The notes beneath the pieces are model-generated. The model was not told the origin of the DNA. It made no database searches and worked only from the letters and a program-made list of their open reading frames with translations. From Clostridiales bacterium (lineage in GTDB: Bacteria; Bacillota; Dehalobacteriia; UBA7702): DNA of 64,000 nt. The DNA lies in NCBI GenBank assembly GCA_040766505.1, contig JAXGQJ010000004.1, forward strand, positions 17,549 through 81,548, in the 5' to 3' direction. Positions 45,704-57,820 of the stretch are shown piece after piece. The position numbers and the translations under genes were made by a program. Position 1 is the first letter of the stretch, and each line of letters begins with the position of its first letter.

Positions 45704-47479
45704 TCACGGCTTCGCTTCCCCATCCGTGGCCGGTGCGTCCGCAGCCTTTCCTGTTTCGCCATCAGAATATTCCCCAACGGCGGCGGCCGTGCCGTCCCCC
45801 GGTTCCGTTTGGTTCGGGGGTATATCCTCTGAACCCAAGCCGGGCTTCCCCTTCCGATCCTTGGCCTTCGGTTGTGGCGGCGCGACGGCCCGCTTTGGCT
45901 CCTCTTCCCCTTCCGTGGCGGCGAAGTCCGGGGGATTCTGCCAATACCAGCCCTCAAAGACGGGCCACAAAACTTCCGCTTCGGCGGCCTCTTCCGCCGC
46001 CAACTTCGCTTCCTTCTTCCTATTATGGTTTCGTTTGACCCGATAGAGGATGCCGACGATCTGCACCGTAATCAGCGGCAGCACCGCCACCATGGCGATC
46101 ATACCAAAGGCGTCGGCCATTATATTGCCGCCGACGGCGCCGCAAATGCCAATGGCAAAAGGAAGCAAAAAGGCGGCGGTCATGGTACCGGCGGCGACGC
46201 CACCGGAATCAAAAGCGATGGCGGTAAAGATTTTTGGCGTAAAAAACGTCAACAACAGCGCAATGCCATAAGCGGGCAACATAAAATACCACAGGCTGAT
46301 GGAAGTCAAAACCCGCACCACAGACAGGGCCGCCGCCACGCTGACCCCCAGGGTCAAGCCGGCCATCATCATTTTTTTGGAGATCGCGCCACTGGTGATC
46401 CCCTCCACTTGCCGATTGAGAACATGAACCGCCGGTTCCGCCAAAACGACGAAGAAGCCGAATATGGCGCCAAATAGAACAACGATGCCGGGATGGAAAG
46501 AAGCCGCGATTTCATTGCCGATCAAAGCGCCGGTGGGCATAAAGCCGATATTGGCGCCGCAAAGGAAAACCGTCAGCCCGGCGACCGTATAGACGATCCC
46601 GGCGGCGATGCGCAAAAGCCGCATACGGGACAGCTTCAGCCGGGCCATTTGCAATACGCCGAACAGCACCACGATCGGCAAAAGAACAAAGATGATTTCT
46701 CGAAAGAAAACGATCAAACCGATGGCAAAAGAGGAAAAAACATCGGAAATTCCTTCAAAATCCAGTATCTCCACCTCAAAAGCATAGCCGGAGGCGGAAG
46801 CATCGAAAAACATGCCGACGAGCAAAACCGCGATCACCGGGCCGATGGAACAGAGGGCGCAAAGGCCAAAACTGTCCTCCTCGGCGCTTTTGCTTCCCCG
46901 CACCGCGGAGATGCCGATTCCCAGCGCCAGAATAAACGGCACGGTAATGGGCCCCGTCGTTACGCCGCCGGAATCCAAGCCGACGGCGAGGAAATCCGGA
47001 GCCGCAAAGGCCGCCACCAAAAAAACAGCCAGATAGGAACCAATGAACAACAGCGAAAGGGAGACGCGGTAAACGATGCGCAGCAAAGCGACGACGAGAA
47101 AAACGCCGACGCCAACGGCAACCGCCGCTACCATAACCGGATCCGGAACCGCCGGAACCTGCTTCGTTAAAACCTGCAAATCCGGTTCGGCAATGGTCAC
47201 CGCAACCCCGATGACAAAGCCGGCCAACAGAATGAAGGAAAGCCGCCTCGATTTTGTCAGTTCCGCCCCGACGGCTTCACCGATGGGTAGAATGGCGATG
47301 TCGATGCCGAGGGTAAAAATGCCCATGCCGATAATGAGCAGGCCCGTGGCAATGAGAAATGTGACCAAAGTCCAAAAGGGCAGTGGCGTCAGAAAAAAGT
47401 GCAGCGCGAGAACGAGGCCGGCGACGGGCAAAACCGACCACGCCGCTTCCTTCATTTTTTCGGAAAGCCCACCTGTCAT
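45704..47479 (-). CDS. fused tandem DUF1538-family integral membrane protein with ~130-aa acidic low-complexity C-terminal tail
   Basis: 591-aa ORF; two repeated ~230-aa TM modules; tail rich in P/A/E/G/D (..EGEEEPKRAVAPPQPKAKDRKGKPGLGSEDIPPNQTEPGDG..); its TGA overlaps the RBS of the following P-II-like gene. Confidence 0.7.
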   Translation of the reverse strand: MTGGLSEKMKEAAWSVLPVAGLVLALHFFLTPLPFWTLVTFLIATGLLIIGMGIFTLGIDIAILPIGEAVGAELTKSRRLSFILLAGFVIGVAVTIAEPDLQVLTKQVPAVPDPVMVAAVAVGVGVFLVVALLRIVYRVSLSLLFIGSYLAVFLVAAFAAPDFLAVGLDSGGVTTGPITVPFILALGIGISAVRGSKSAEEDSFGLCALCSIGPVIAVLLVGMFFDASASGYAFEVEILDFEGISDVFSSFAIGLIVFFREIIFVLLPIVVLFGVLQMARLKLSRMRLLRIAAGIVYTVAGLTVFLCGANIGFMPTGALIGNEIAASFHPGIVVLFGAIFGFFVVLAEPAVHVLNRQVEGITSGAISKKMMMAGLTLGVSVAAALSVVRVLTSISLWYFMLPAYGIALLLTFFTPKIFTAIAFDSGGVAAGTMTAAFLLPFAIGICGAVGGNIMADAFGMIAMVAVLPLITVQIVGILYRVKRNHNRKKEAKLAAEEAAEAEVLWPVFEGWYWQNPPDFAATEGEEEPKRAVAPPQPKAKDRKGKPGLGSEDIPPNQTEPGDGTAAAVGEYSDGETGKAADAPATDGEAKP

Positions 47480-48046
47480 ACAACACGCTCTTTTCCCATG
47501 TATTTTGTGCTAAGGCAGGATCCGCCGTTGCAGATTGGGGAAAAGGCGGCGCATCCCGTTTCCGTTCCGGCGGTTGCACCGGAAGGATACCCACATCATA
47601 TCACGAAAAAAGCGAAACGGCAAACTTGATCGGCGACAATCTACAATACATTGCGGAAAATACCAGCGGATAAAAAGAAAAAAGGCTTGCGGCCCCCCAT
47701 GAGAACGGTGCTGCCGCACAGCATTCTGAACGGGGGCGGCAAACCATGGCCGGGAAAATGGTGCCGCTTAATAAAAAGGCGGCCAAGGGCCAAACCGGGA
47801 AATTGGCCCGTGGCGGTATAGAAGAAACCCCCAAAGGCCCACCGGCCAAAAGAAAAACCGCCCAAGCGGTACGGTACGGACAAAGCTGTAGGCGGCAAAG
47901 CGCCAAACCATAGGGGCGCAAAGGCGCGCCGGCCTGTAAACTTGGGCCGGGGGCCGCCCGCATTTCCTTATAAAACAGATGGTAGAATCCCGGTTTTCCC
48001 GGCGTCAAATGGGGCAATGGTGACGCCACAGGTTTTTACACCCTAT
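47480..48046 (-). promoter_or_regulatory. 567-nt GC-rich structured leader upstream of the DUF1538/P-II operon; candidate cis-regulatory RNA, class not recognised
   Basis: no coherent coding frame on either strand; nested stems (GGCGTCA..TGACGCC, GCGGCA..TGCCGC) and GCGGC..GCCGC-AAGCC-TTTTTTCTTTTT near 47672..47705. Confidence 0.3.
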
Positions 48047-48501
48047 TTTCTTGATATACTTTTTCAAGTAAATCCGCCACCGTCTCAAAGTTTTTAACTA
48101 ATGTTTCACTTTGCTCCTCCGTCATTTGATGGAATGCCTCAAGTTCCGCCGACTTTAACTTTGACAGAATCTCCGATGCGAAACGTTCCCCTTTTTTAAA
48201 AGCCTGATGGCTTTGTTTCGGCGATCCTTTAGCACTTATCTCCTTAATGATATGCCCTCTTTTTCAAGGCCGCCTATGATTTGTGATACCGTCTGTTTCG
48301 GAAAAGCAACTTTTTGCAAATTTGCCTTGGGGTACAGGGCAGTTTTGCGTGGTATATCTCATAAAGTACGAACAATGTCGTTTCCTGCATACCCTGGGCT
48401 TTGGCCCATAAACTGTAGATGTCGTTTATTTTAAACCAGGAGCGATAATATCTTTCGATTTGCCGTTCCAGGCGATCTTTTCCTTCCACCTCTGCCGCCA
48501 C
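48047..48501 (-). pseudogene. MarR-family transcriptional regulator; two frameshifts
   Basis: ORF 48274..48501 (..TLFVLYEIYHAKLPCTPRQICKKLL..) continues in other frames as ..KQTVSQIIGGLEKEGISLRR.. and ..SETLVKNFETVADLLEKVYQENRV-stop. Confidence 0.55.
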
Positions 48502-48535
48502 CTCTTCCTAAATCAATGGCTTACGCCGCCAAATT

Positions 48536-48830
48536 CAATCCAATCACGCCAATTACGATCAGCGCAATCGAAACCACCTTTGCCACGTTCACTGTTTTAA
48601 CACATACGATGCCAATCGCAGAGAGCACCACGATGCCGACCGCCGACCAAACCGCATAGGCCACACCCATATCGATCTTTTTCAAAGCAAACGACAATAG
48701 CGTAAAGCAAGCAATGTATCCGACCAGGGTTCCTATGGTTGGCAGAAGCTTGAAAACCCATCGATACCTTCATCAATGTTGTGGCAATAATTTCAAAAGT
48801 CATCGCCCCTATTAAATAAACCCATGACAT
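48536..48830 (-). pseudogene. small multidrug resistance (SMR, EmrE/SugE-like) transporter; frame broken
   Basis: N-terminus MSWVYLIGAMTFEIIATTLMKVS (48597..48830) and C-terminus ..VVSIALIVIGVIGLNLAA-stop in another frame. Confidence 0.55.
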
Positions 48831-48965
48831 AACGCACCATCCTCCCCATTTAAGTTGGTCTGTTTATGGACTAATTTAGCGTATCTCTTTCTCTTTTGTC
48901 AATACAAATATTATACCGGAGTTTTTCGCGCCATTTTTCTGCTTCCCGGCAAATTTTTCAGCGGC

Positions 48966-49012
48966 AAACATGAAAGCGTGCCGCTTGGCGTTTAAAAAAC
49001 GCTTCGCGGCAC
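48966..49012. terminator. 12-bp inverted repeat AAAGCGTGCCGC / GCGGCACGCTTT with internal A/T run; terminator-like element downstream of nuoN
   Basis: read directly. Confidence 0.4.
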
Positions 49013-49048
49013 GCTTTTGCCTTTAAATCTAGGGATTTTGGCGACGGT

Positions 49049-50471
49049 TTAAGCGCCGAAAAAGGCTTTCGCCACGGCGCTGACCAGACGCGTCAGCGGT
49101 TCTTGGTAAACGCCGAGAACCAGCGTTACCAGGGCGGAAACAACCATGACCAAAGCCGCGGAACCCGGCGTTTTTACCGGCGTATCTTCCAGCGGTTCGC
49201 CGATAAACATCACCTTCGCCACGATCAAATAGTAGTACACGGAAACCATGCTCATCATGATGGCGAGGAATGCCAGCCAGATATAGCCTTCCTTAATGAT
49301 GGCGACGAAGAGATAGAATTTGCCGTAGAACCCGGCCAAAGGCGGGATGCCTGCCAGCGAAAGCAGGGAAACGAGGATGATCGTCGCCATAAAGGGCGAG
49401 CGCTTCGACATACCGCAAAATCACGGATTTCCTCGCTACCGGTCTGGTTGGTAATACGGTGATGGCGGCGAAAACACCGACATTGGCAAAGATATAGATC
49501 GCCGAATAATAGAGCATCGCCGCAATGCCGATCTCATTGAAGGCCAAAAGACCCAAAAGCAGATAACCGGCATGGGCAATGCTCGAGAAGGCCAGCATTC
49601 TCTTTAATATTCGTCTGCGGAATCGCCACGAAGTTCCCGAGCAGGATCGTCAGTCGCAAGGACAATCAGCAGGGTGCCGATGGGGCCCGCCGCATCCGGA
49701 GCCGCCACATGAATGAAGCGGATGAAAGCGGCCAATGCGGCAATTTTTGGAACCGGTGGACAAAAGCGCCGTTATGGGCGCCGGCGCGCCTTCGTAAATG
49801 TCCGGCGCCCACATATGGAAGGGCACCAGCGACAGTTTAAAGGAGAAGCCGGCGATGATCATCACCGCCGCCGCAATCATCATTGCGGAAACGCCGCCGC
49901 TCAGAATACCGGCGATGCCTTCGTAGGCGACGGTGCCCGTCAGACCGAAAACATAGCTGATCCCGAACAGCATAATCGCCGAAGACATGGCGCTCAATAG
50001 GATATATTTCAGCCCGGCTTCCGAGGATTTCTTATCGCCCTTTTTGTAGGCGACGAGAATGATGAAGGAAATCGTCATCAGTTCCAGGCCAAGGTACAGG
50101 GTGACAAAGTCGGTGGCGGACGCCATGACCATCATGCCGACCAGCGTTGAAACGATCAGCGCATAGTATTCGCCTTGGCTGTGGCCCAGCCGCTCGGTAA
50201 AGCGGAGGGACATGCCGCAGACGAGGGCGCCGGTGATCAAGAACAGGATTTTAAAGAACCCGCTCATCGCATCCACTTGGTACATGCCGCCGAAGGCCGA
50301 ACCTTCCACGGTATGCATCAGCCAAGCAATGCCCAGCACCACAATGAGGCCCATCACCGCGAAATAGCCGACGCCTTTTTGTTGATCTCTAGGGGCGATC
50401 AAGCCAAAAACCAGGAGAACCAGTGCGAGAGCCGCCGTTGCCAATTCTACCGTAATCAATTGGATATTCAT
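49049..50471 (-). CDS. nuoN: NADH-quinone oxidoreductase subunit N (frameshifted in C-terminal third)
   Basis: ORFs 49650..50471, 49293..49598 and 49049..49411 colinear with NuoN. Confidence 0.7.
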
Positions 50472-51957
50472 CAGAACAGCCCTCCCATCTTGAATTCATA
50501 GACTTTCTCCGCGAGAGGCGTGATGCCATTGTTGATCAAATCCATCATCAGATTGGGCCAGACGCCAAAGAGAATCAGGGTGCAGCACAGGATAATGATG
50601 GGAACCAATTCCACGCCTTTGGCATCGGTCATATGATCCCATTCTTCCTTCCGCGGGCCAAAGAATACCCGTTTCACAACGGTGAGAACGTAGATCGCCG
50701 TAATGACGATGGCGAAAACAGAGATAACGGCTTGAACCGGGAAGGCTTGGATCGCTCCGGTAAAGATTGAGAATTCCGCGACGAAATTATAGAGCCCCGG
50801 CAAGCCGAGAGAAGCGAGACCGGCGATCATGAAGCCGTAAGCCACCCTTGGCATCTGGTGGGCCAAGCCGCCGAATACGGCGATCTCCCGCGTATGGGCC
50901 TTGTGGTAAATATTGCCGACCAAAGCGAAGAAGAGGGCCGTCATAATCCCGTGGGCAAACATCTGGGCCACGGCGCCATCCAAACTGACGGTGTTCAAAG
51001 CGGCGATCCCCAAAAGCACATAACCCATGTGGCTGACGGAGGAATAGCCGATCACAAATTTCAGGTCTTTTTGCACCATGGCGACGAAAGCGCCATAAGT
51101 GGCATTGACCGTGCATAAAGTGGCGATCAGCGGCGCCCAGTAATAAGCGCCTTCCGGGAAACAGGCGATGCCGACCCGGATCAGACCGTAACCCCAGCTT
51201 CATCAGAACGCCGGCGTGCAACATACTGACGGCGGTGGGCGCGGCGACGGACCGTCGGGAGACCAGGTATGCAGCGGCCACATCGGCACCAGGAAGCCAA
51301 AGCCGATCATCATGAAAAAGAAAGCGAACTCTGAAACGGGCTGTCATAGACCACCGAAGCCAGGGTCGCGATATCGAAGGTATTGTAACCCAGACGATGC
51401 CGGCCTGATATAGGTGGCGATCATGCCGATCAGAACGAAAGCGGAGCCCACCAACAGGTACAGCGTCAGCTTCATTGCGGCATACTCTTTCTCGTGCTGC
51501 CCCACACACCGATTAGAATATACATCGGGATCACGGCGACTTCAAAGAAAAGGTAGAAGAAAAACAGATCCATGGAGAGGAAAACGCCGAATACCCCGGC
51601 CACCAGCAGCAAAAGGAAAATGAAGAATTCCTTAATCCGGTGGTGCATATCCCAGGAAGCAAAGACGCCGGTAAAGATCACAAGCCCCGTCAACAGCAGC
51701 AGCGGGATGCTGATGCCGTCCACACCGAAGGCAAAATGGATGCCAAATTCCTCAATCCAAGGCACATCGAAGATGAATTGCAAACCGCCGGCGGCCTTAT
51801 CGTAAAAGAGGTAAAGGAGAATCGTTCCCAACAGCGAGATAAAGGTAAACACCGCCGCGGTGGCTTTGATCAGCACATCGGATTTCGTCGGGATACAGGC
51901 GATGATGATGGCCCCGACGATCGGCGAAAAGACGATCATAGGCAAAAGCAAGCTCAT
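50471..51957 (-). CDS. nuoM: NADH-quinone oxidoreductase subunit M (frameshifted centre)
   Basis: N-term ORF 51472..51957; C-term ORF 50471..51079 (..GYSSVSHMGYVLLG..). Confidence 0.7.
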
Positions 51958-53842
51958 TTAAACACACCTCCTAAAATCGGGGTGGCCAAAAGAATCATAA
52001 TGATCACCACAGCGCCGAAGAAAATCAAAGCATAACTTTGTAAACTGCCGTTTTGAATGAAGCGCAACCAAGCGCCGGTATAGCGTACCGTATCGCCGGT
52101 GCCGTCGGCAATGCCGTCCACCACTTTGCGGTCGCACTTATTGCAAAGCCAGGCAATGCCCAGCATTATTTTGCGATAGAGCCACGCATATACTTCGTCG
52201 ATATAAAACTTATTGTACAGCAAATTGTAGAGGGGTTTCCATTTTTCCGCCAGCGCCACATAGTCCACAACGTTTTTATAGTAGACGAGATAGGCGAGGA
52301 AGATGCCGCCCAAGGCCACCAGGGTGGAGACGCCGGCAATCACGAGGTTCAGCTCGGCATGGTGCGGATGGCCATAGAAAACGAGTTCCGGATACCCCAG
52401 CTTCAGCATGACATAGCCGGCGCCGATGGCGAAAACCGCGAGGACGATCAAAGGCCCCGTCATAAAAAAGTTGCATTCATGGGCATGGTGATCGCTGCGC
52501 TTTTTGCCGAAGAAGGTAACAAAGACAAGGCGGAACATATAGAAAGCCGTCATCCCCGCTACCAACGTGCCGATGACCAACAGCGGCGTCCAACCGCCGG
52601 TAAAGGCCGAAAGCAAGATTTCGTCCTTGCTCCAGAAGCCGGAAAGCGGGAAGATACCGGCAAGGGACAGCGCCCCGATAATGAAAGTCGTCGTTGTAAT
52701 CGGCATCTTTTTGGCGAGGCCGCCCATATTGAAGATGTCTTGGTCATGCACGGCATGGATCACCGCGCCGGCGCCAAGGAAGAGCATACATTTGAAGAAA
52801 GCGTGGGTGGTCAGGTGAAACATCCCCGCCGTCATCGCGCCCATGCCCATGGCCATAATCATATAGCCCAACTGGCTCAGGGTGGAAAAGGCCAAAATCC
52901 GCTTAATATCCCGCTGCACCAAAGCGATGCTGGCGGCAAACAGAGCGGTAAACCCGCCGAGATAGGCGATATAGATCAGGGCATTCGGCGCCGCATGGAA
53001 GATCACGAAGGAACGGGCGATCAAATACACCCCGGCGGCCACCATGGTGGCGGCGTGGAGGATGGAGGAAACCGGCGTGGGGCCTTCCATCGCATCGGGC
53101 AACCAAACGTGCAGCGGGAACTGGGCGCTTTTGGCCATCGGGCCAAAGAAGATCAGGATGGCGATCAACAGCATCATCCCGGTGCTGACTTCGACGCTGC
53201 CGCTGCCGATGACGCTGGAAAGCTCCATAAAATCAAAGGTTCCGAAGGTCAGATAGAGGAGAATGATCCCCAGCATAAAGCCGAAGTCCCCCCAGCGGTT
53301 CGTGATGAAGGCCTTATTGGCCGCGTCCGCCGCCGACTGTTTGTGGAACCAAAAGCCGATCAACAGATAGGAGCATAGACCCACCAATTCCCAGCCGATG
53401 AACATCACAAAGATATTGTCGGCGATAACGAGGAGCAACATCGAGAAAGCGAACAGGGACATATAGGCAAAGTAGCGGGAAAACCCCGAATCCCCTTCCA
53501 TATAGCCGACGGAATAGACCAAGACAAGGAAGGCGATCAGCGTAACCATTGCCATCATCGTGGTCGACAAAGCTGATCCAAGAGCATCCCCATGCCGATT
53601 TTCAACGACAAAATCGCCCAAGGAAAAAGATTCAGCCAATTGACCGTTACCTGATAGGGTTGTTCCATGCTGTAACCGCCGCCGACCACCGAAACCATGG
53701 CCATAATGGAGACGGCAAGGGCGCCGCCCATAAAGGCGATGGCGGTACCGGCGCTTAAAGCCTTGGAACCTTTGAACAGGAAGATGATCAGGATATAGGC
53801 GATCAAGGGCAGAATGGGAATTAACCATGCATAATCTAACAT
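51954..53842 (-). CDS. nuoL: NADH-quinone oxidoreductase subunit L (one frameshift ca. 53580)
   Basis: ORF 51954..53828 body; true N-terminus MLDYAWLIPILPLIAYILIIF in ORF 53555..53842. Confidence 0.8.
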
Positions 53843-53876
53843 TTTCTCAAATCACCCTCCTTACCACTTCAGCCAG

Positions 53877-54180
53877 TCGAGTTCGTCCACGTCGGTGGAG
53901 AAGCGATCTCTGTAAACACTGATAATCACCGCGAGACCCACCGCCACTTCCGCCGCGGCCACAACGATAACGAAGATGGCGAAAACATGGCCGACGAATT
54001 CATTGGGGGTCAGGTAACGGAGAATGCGACGAGGTTAATATTGACGGAATTCAGCATCAGCCGATGCCCATCAAACCGCAATGGCGTTCTTTTTCACGAC
54101 GGCGCCATAGAAGCCGATGGCAAAAAGGGCGGCGGCGAGTAGAGATAATGGTGAACACCCACCGTAAACAAGCCGGTGAA
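53877..54180 (-). pseudogene. nuoK: NADH-quinone oxidoreductase subunit K; frame broken
   Basis: minus-strand translation ..[38 protein letters not shown]-stop. Confidence 0.55.
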
Positions 54181-54189
54181 AATCGTAGA

Positions 54190-54725
54190 CGATCGTCATC
54201 TGGAATGCTTCACCCCTTTCGCGATAATGATGGCGCCGACCAGAGCAAAGAGCAGCAAGAGCGCCGCCACTTCAAAGGGAACGACGAAATCCGTCATCAT
54301 CAAATCTCCTGACGGGCCGACAATGCTGGTCCCTTCGCTGAGATAAGGCACATAAAAATCGGTACGCACCGAAACATAGGACAACATGCCGGAAAAGCAA
54401 AAGGAAACGATACGCCGCTAAAGCGGTAGCGATTCGGCACATTGACTGGCGAATATCGCCCCTTCTCGTCAGCATCACACCAAAGGTGAAAGCAAAACCG
54501 AGATGGCGCTGACATAGACCAACAACTGCAGGGCGGCGATGAAATCCGCCAGCAATAAAAAGAGATGCCGGAAACGCCGATAAAGCACAAAACCATGAAA
54601 ACGGCGCTGTGTACCAGGTTCTTGGAAAGCACCATGCCCAGGGCCATCGCAACGATGATGAAGGCGAGAAGGAAAAACACGGCGCCGGGCAAAATGGTGT
54701 GAACAAAGGATATCAACTCTTGCAT
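54190..54725 (-). pseudogene. nuoJ: NADH-quinone oxidoreductase subunit J; frame broken
   Basis: N-terminus MQELISFVHTILPGAVFFLLAFIIVAMALGMV (54300..54725); C-terminus in 54196..54387. Confidence 0.55.
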
Positions 54726-54739
54726 CAGGCTTTTTCCTC

Positions 54740-55250
54740 CTTCCTGGCTCTGGCGGCGCTTCCTCCGCCACCGGTTTGGGGCAAAGGTCGTCTCTGTGGA
54801 AGAGATGCGCCTTGATTTCTTCCCGGCTATAGACGGCTTTTTTCAAATTCCTGGGTTTGCACAAGGGCGCTTTGGGGGCAGGATTCGACGCAAAAGCCGC
54901 AATAGAGACAGTACATCAGGTTCATTTGATAATCGGTGACTTGCCATTTGTTGTTTTCGTCCCGGCATTTTTCGAGGGAAATGACCCGGTTGGGGCAGGC
55001 ATTGACACATATGCCGCAGGCGGTACATTTTTCCGGGTCCGGAAATAGTTCTTGACAGACAAGGGCAAATCCGGCATCACATCAGGATATTCCGTCTTCG
55101 TCTTTTTGAAATAGTGCTTTAGGGTGACGCCTAAGCCTTTGACCAATCCTTCGCCGTACATTACATCACCACCATCCATCATCTGGACGAAGCTCGCCGC
55201 CTTGATGGCCAGACCGGTCAACACGATACGCTGCCAGCGCCACCGGCAGT
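54740..55250 (-). pseudogene. nuoI: NADH-quinone oxidoreductase subunit I (2x[4Fe-4S]); frame broken
   Basis: N-terminus in 54922..55224; ferredoxin motif KCTACGICVNACP encoded ca. 54980..55020 in a different frame. Confidence 0.55.
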
Positions 55251-55257
55251 AAGAATT

Positions 55258-56207
55258 TCAGTTAAATTTCATCATCATTTTATCGATCCTGATTCTCGGA
55301 TAGGTCCATTTTACCCACATGAAGAGCCAGATCATCAGATACATCTTGAGGAAGAACCAGAGCCAACCGGGCAGGAAGGGCCCGCCAGCCGCCGAGAAAA
55401 CGGTGGCGCCAATGGCGGCCATCGCCACCAGGTTTATATTCCGCAAGATAGAAGGGGCAAAACGCACGCCGGAATATTCCAGGTGATAACCGCCACCAAC
55501 TCCTGTTCGCCTTCGGGCAAGTCGAAGGGCCTGCGGTCTTCAATTCGGCGGCTGGATAAAATAGACGAGAAACGCAACGGGTTGCAGCACGATAAACCAA
55601 AGGTTCCCCTGGGCCAAAACGATATCGCTCATGCGAAGGGAGCCGGTCAGCATGATAACCCCCAAGAAGGAAAATCAGCGGGATTTCATAGCTGATCATT
55701 TGGGCCACGGCCCTCAAGCCGCCGATCAGCGAATATTTATTGTTGGCGCCCCAACCGGCCACTTCTCAGGGATGAACATCGTGGTGAGAGACGCCACCGA
55801 GAGCATGAAGAAGATCCCGATGCAATCCACCACCGCCATCCCTTCGCCGAACGGAACGACGAGGAAAACCAAAAGAGGCGCGCCCAAGGCCGCCATCTTA
55901 TAAACGGGGCGGTCCACGTCGGCGGGGGTAATCAATTCCTTACCCAAAAGCTTCAAAATGTCGATGACGGTCTGAAACAGACCCTTCGGCCCCAAACGGT
56001 TGGGGCCAAGCCGTTCCTGGAAAAAGGAGCATACGCGGCGCTCCATATAAACGAGGAAAAGGACGTTCAAAATGATAAAGACCAAAACGACAATCCAATT
56101 GATGAAAACCATGGCGGCGTCGATCAGCCAATCTTGAAATCCCCAGCCATCCATTAACCCCCGAATCCAGCCGGCAATATTAAGGAATAGATGATTAACA
56201 ATACCCA
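55258..56207 (-). CDS. nuoH: NADH-quinone oxidoreductase subunit H (frameshifted centre)
   Basis: N-term ORF 55726..56232 (start MGIVNHLFL); C-term ORF 55258..55467. Confidence 0.7.
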
Positions 56208-56228
56208 TAATTTCTTCTCTCCTATACA

Positions 56229-57358
56229 TCACCCAATTAGCGGTCCACTTTCACCTAAAACAATGTCAATGGAAGCCAAAGAGGTTACGGCGTCTTGCAA
56301 TAAAGTGTTTTTCGCCATGTCGGGATATGCGCCGAGGTTGACGAAGGACGGGCTGTGCAGGTGAAGACGGTAGGGGTTCTTCCCGCCGTCGCTGACCAAA
56401 TAGAAGCCGACAAGCCCTTGAGCCTTCGATCTGCCCATAGGTTTCGCCGGCGGGAACCTTCAGCACCCTAGGCACCTTCGCCATGGTGGGGGCGTCCTCC
56501 GGCAATTGGAGATAGGCTTCATAGGCTTGCTTGACGATGCGCAAGGACTGTTCCCATCTCAAGAATGCGCAGATAATAACGGTCGAAATTGTCTCCCGTT
56601 TCACCCAGCGGAACGTCAAATTCAAAGCGGCCATAAAGGCCATAGGGCGCGGCCTTCCGTAAATCGAAGTTGACGCCGCTGGCCCTGAGGTTCGGGCCGG
56701 TAAAGCCATAATCCAAAGCCATGTCTCTGTCGACGACGGCCACGCCTTTAGGGCCCTGGAAGATTTCATTGCCGGTGACCAGATTGCTTGCAAATCGGTG
56801 ATGGCCGGGCGATAATCGAAAAATGCTTCCAACTGCTTTTTGAACTCGGCACAGAAATGTGGGCTGCCCGCCGATCCGGGTGGCGGTGGTGGTCAGGCGG
56901 GAACCGCAATATAGCTCAAAAAGATCGAGGATCTTTTCCCTGTCATAAAAGGGATACATCCAGCCGGTCCAAGCCGACAAGTCCAAAGCGAAGGAAGCCA
57001 ACATCACGAGGTGGCTGGCGATCCGCTGCAATTCCCCGAGAATGACGCGGATATATTCCCCTTTTTCCGGCACCTCCAGACCGAGGGCCTTCTCTACCGT
57101 CAGGCAATACCCCCAGTTGTTTAAGATGCCCGCCAAATAGTCGAGGCGGTCGGTATAGGGAATAAACTGGGTATAGGTTCTCGTTTCCGCCAGTTTTTCC
57201 ATGCCCCGGTGCAAATAGCCGACAACGTTTTCCAAGTGGACAACATATTCCCCGTCCATCGTTAAAATCGCCCGGTACACCCCGTGGGTACTGGGGTGCT
57301 GCGGCCCCATATTGAGGAGGAATTCCTGTGTTCTAAAATCGCCTTCCTGTCTTAGCAC
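56229..57358 (-). CDS. nuoD: NADH-quinone oxidoreductase subunit D; C-terminal ~90 codons frame-shifted
   Basis: ORF 56519..57358 (..[11 protein letters not shown]..) plus 56229..56438. Confidence 0.75.
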
Positions 57359-57373
57359 GTTGATCCCCCTTTC

Positions 57374-57820
57374 TCAGCGCCGCGCTACCGGCTGCAAAAT
57401 ATAGTCTTTTCTGAGCGGATGTCCTTCAAAATCATCGGGACAAAGAACCCGCTTCAGATTCGGGTGGTCTTCAAAGACAATCCCCATCAGATCATAGGTT
57501 TCCCGCTCCATCATGTCGGCGGCTTTCCAGATCGGATACAGCGAGGCGATTTTCGGCGCCTCTTTATCCAAGTTGGAGCATAGCTTGAGACAGGAACCGT
57601 TCTCCAAAGAGAGGAGATGGTAGACCATCTGGAACGAATCCGGGTAGTCCACGGCGGTCAGATCCAAAAGGAAATTGTATTCGGTTTCACTTTTTAAGAA
57701 TTGGCAGAAATCCAGCACGATTTCGGGCGCAAACCAAATTTCGTCCTTTCCTTCCGGCCGGTAAACTTTTTCGCCAAATCGCTCTTTACTCTTTTCTAAT
57801 ATCTCTGTACGGTCAATCAT
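57374..57820 (-). CDS. nuoC: NADH-quinone oxidoreductase subunit C
   Basis: 148 aa intact. Confidence 0.8.
   Translation of the reverse strand: MIDRTEILEKSKERFGEKVYRPEGKDEIWFAPEIVLDFCQFLKSETEYNFLLDLTAVDYPDSFQMVYHLLSLENGSCLKLCSNLDKEAPKIASLYPIWKAADMMERETYDLMGIVFEDHPNLKRVLCPDDFEGHPLRKDYILQPVARR

Noticed and set aside
52053-53378. 441-aa plus-strand ORF
   Set aside because: Antisense to nuoL; composition-biased (Gly/Asp/His/Arg) and without RBS.
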